The notes under the pieces were generated by a model. That model made no database searches. It saw only the letters and a program-made list of their open reading frames with translations, and was not told where the DNA came from. A stretch of 63,976 nt of DNA, the filler included, from Sanchytrium tribonematis (Eukaryota), in the NCBI GenBank assembly GCA_018985235.1. It is 8 parts of 8 records of this genome, joined end to end, with 100 filler letters (N's around TTAATTAATTAA, not from the genome) between each part and the next. Parts side by side here need not be neighbours in the genome. Positions count along the whole stretch, not along the records: positions 57,644 to 63,976 come from JADGIG010000533.1; 7 more parts are not named here. One strand, 5' to 3'. Of the stretch, positions 61,908 to 63,976 are shown in pieces. Made by a program: the position numbers and the translations under genes. Position 1 is the stretch's first letter. Each line of letters opens with the position of its first letter.

Positions 61908-63976
61908 TTATTTGCCGTAAATTTTGTCAAATCTTGTTACCATTCTCTCAACCAGCAAAATCTGATAACTGCTGTGCATAGCAGTTTCCATGGTTTCTTG
62001 TTCTGGTCTTAAAATATTAGGCCCAATTACAATTCCGAAATTATTTGCATCCATCTTAGTTGCCTCTTTGTAAACACTCATTTTTTGAATATGGATTGAC
62101 AAAACTCTTAACGTCTCTTTGTTTGCAGCTGGCAACTTACTTATAGCGTCCTTCAAATCTTTATCAAAGACTGAATCATCTGTTCCTTCTAAATCAGAAT
62201 AAATGTACTAAGAATGTTGATAAATTTGTTATATTCGCTAAAAGGTATCAACGGGTTTGGTAATTGTCTCAAGAAAAGCTTTATAATTCCAGTGACATTA
62301 TTTACATCTGCAAATAATGAATTTGAAAATTCAGGGAAAAAGTCTGGACTGTCTTCCAACAACTGCTTAATTTTTTTGATCTCATCACTGTTTCCAGATA
62401 AACGATAAATTCCAACAACATCTTTACCTTTTTGTTCCACTAAGGCGAATCCCTTTTCTAAGAGCAAGGGAATTTTACGATTTTTTTTTGTAGTGACATT
62501 TTCCAGAGGAACGCCAAATACAACAGGATCTTTTTCAATTACCATGGTAGCACGTTTAGCGGCTGGCATACTTGCCAATTCTTCTTCTCTTCGCTTTCTT
62601 TCATCTTCGATTCTTTTCTCCTCATCTTCTCTGGCTTTTTTCTCTTCTTCTTCTTTTTTAACAACTGCAAATAGCGAAGATTGTGCCCCTCCAGTTGGAC
62701 CTTGCTTCTTTTCTTTTTTGGGGAAAAATTGTGACATTTCATTTGGAGGTACGCTATCAGTATACTTGGTAGCATTCTTTTGAAGAGCCTCAAATAAGGG
62801 GGCAAATTGATCGGCTTTTTCTACATTCAAATAAATTTGAAAGCCTACATCAGAATATACGGTGATGACTTCTGATCCCAGTTTTGTATTCTTTTTTTGC
62901 ACATAGCCACCTCTAATATCTAAGATTCCAAGAACCTTTGGTGCTTTTTTCTTTGTAGGTTGTTCTGGAAAGAAAAATAAAAAACCCTCAGACATTTGAA
63001 TAAAATATGTACTCCATTTTAAAGCTTTTAATTGAGTGCCGTCGGCTAAACCCCTAGTGATTTTATACACTGTTCCCTCAAAATCTATCCCCCATTGTGA
63101 AATAACCTCGTATTTGAAGGAATCGAGATTATCCAAAAATTTATGAAAAGTTTCGTGTTCTTGTATTATTTTGCCGTTTTCGTCTTCCAACTGGACTTCA
63201 TTTGGATCGATCGCTTGAACTTTTTTGCCCATACCCATGAATCCTTTAGACTTTTTTTCAGTTGTTGTTTTGATATCAGGAAGATCCACAACAGGGCTGA
63301 CTGCTGGAGCATTGGATAAACCGGTCGGCAAAACAAGTTTAGTATTTAACTGCATTCTAACACTTCCTACGTCCCCAGGGATTTTCTTTTGTAATGCTTC
63401 TAGTTCCGTGTCTTTAGTTGATGATGTGTCAGAATTTTGTCCGGCTTGTGTCGAAGAAGCCGCAAAAGTTTTTGGTCTTTCTCCTACTGGAGAGGCATTT
63501 GGCAAAACAATTCGGTTCTGCATATTTTTTATATTGCTAGTAGGCTCGACCTTGGGTTTTTCAAGAACAGGTGCGCTTTGACTTTCTTGCAATCTTTTCT
63601 GCATTTCCTTGATGCTATTTTTCTTCGGTTCTTCCGCTGGTTTTATTTCTAAGTTGGTTGAAATCGGTACTGGATTCTGAATAGTTTCTTTTACTTCTAA
63701 CTGTACCACACTAACAGATTTAATAGATTCTTTTAAATCATTAGTAAGGGGAACTGTGGATATATGTACATGTTCTTGTACCTCTACGTTTTCTTTTGCA
63801 GATTTTACACTGCTATGACTTATGGATTTTTTCAAATCTAAATCTTTGTTAGAGTGAGCCGAATTGATACTTGACGAACTCGGTGCCTTATTTAATTTGT
63901 CAGAACTAACGATAGGAATACTATCAACGACGATCTGAACCTGGTTTTCGACAACAGCAATTGCTTCTGTTTCCAA
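61908..63976 (-). CDS. PH + RhoGAP domain protein, 5'-partial; exons ..62209 and 62188-61908
   Basis: VFGVPLE, GIYRLSG (Arg finger), IKLFLRQLPNPL; second exon KMDANNFGIVIGPNILR. Confidence 0.92.
62189..62208 (-). other. 20-nt spliceosomal intron
   Basis: gtacatttattctgatttag with CTGAT branch motif; phase 1 (A|AA = Lys). Confidence 0.9.

Noticed and set aside
43034..62208. Split genes as programmed frameshifts, pseudogenes or sequencing errors
   Set aside because: Every break coincides with a GTA..AG insert of 19-20 nt with a shared internal motif, several contain in-frame stops, and essential genes such as SPT16 are affected.

Overview
This is eukaryotic, AT-rich DNA. It consists of eight unrelated ~8.1-kb contigs, apparently sorted by size, joined by artificial 100-nt linkers (N44-TTAATTAATTAA-N44), so adjacency across linkers is meaningless. 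The gene content (Rtt109-like HAT, Lag1-type ceramide synthase, PSD, Spt16, Sgf29, formin, TM9/Emp70) points to a fungus or fungus-like opisthokont with a very compact genome; an early-diverging parasitic lineage is my guess only. Main discovery: eight split ORFs are each repaired by one ultra-short GT-AG intron (seven of 19 nt, one of 20 nt). The consensus is GTA-N7/8-YTNAT-K-W-AG, with an invariant A six nt from the 3' end. Each intron lies in the last 70-390 nt of its CDS, a 3' bias opposite to that of other intron-poor fungi. The window also holds an intact single-ORF APE-RT-RNaseH non-LTR retrotransposon with a 14-bp TSD that splits a small secreted-protein gene, and the 5' end of a Ty3/gypsy element. 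Several tandem families of orphan secreted or surface proteins are present: a Cys-rich GPI-like array with a shared TCTGTGATTGG promoter motif and no signal peptide, KR-cleaved two-TM prepro-proteins, signal-peptide RING proteins, beta-propeller-like proteins and LRR proteins. All calls come from reading motifs by eye; no database search was run.
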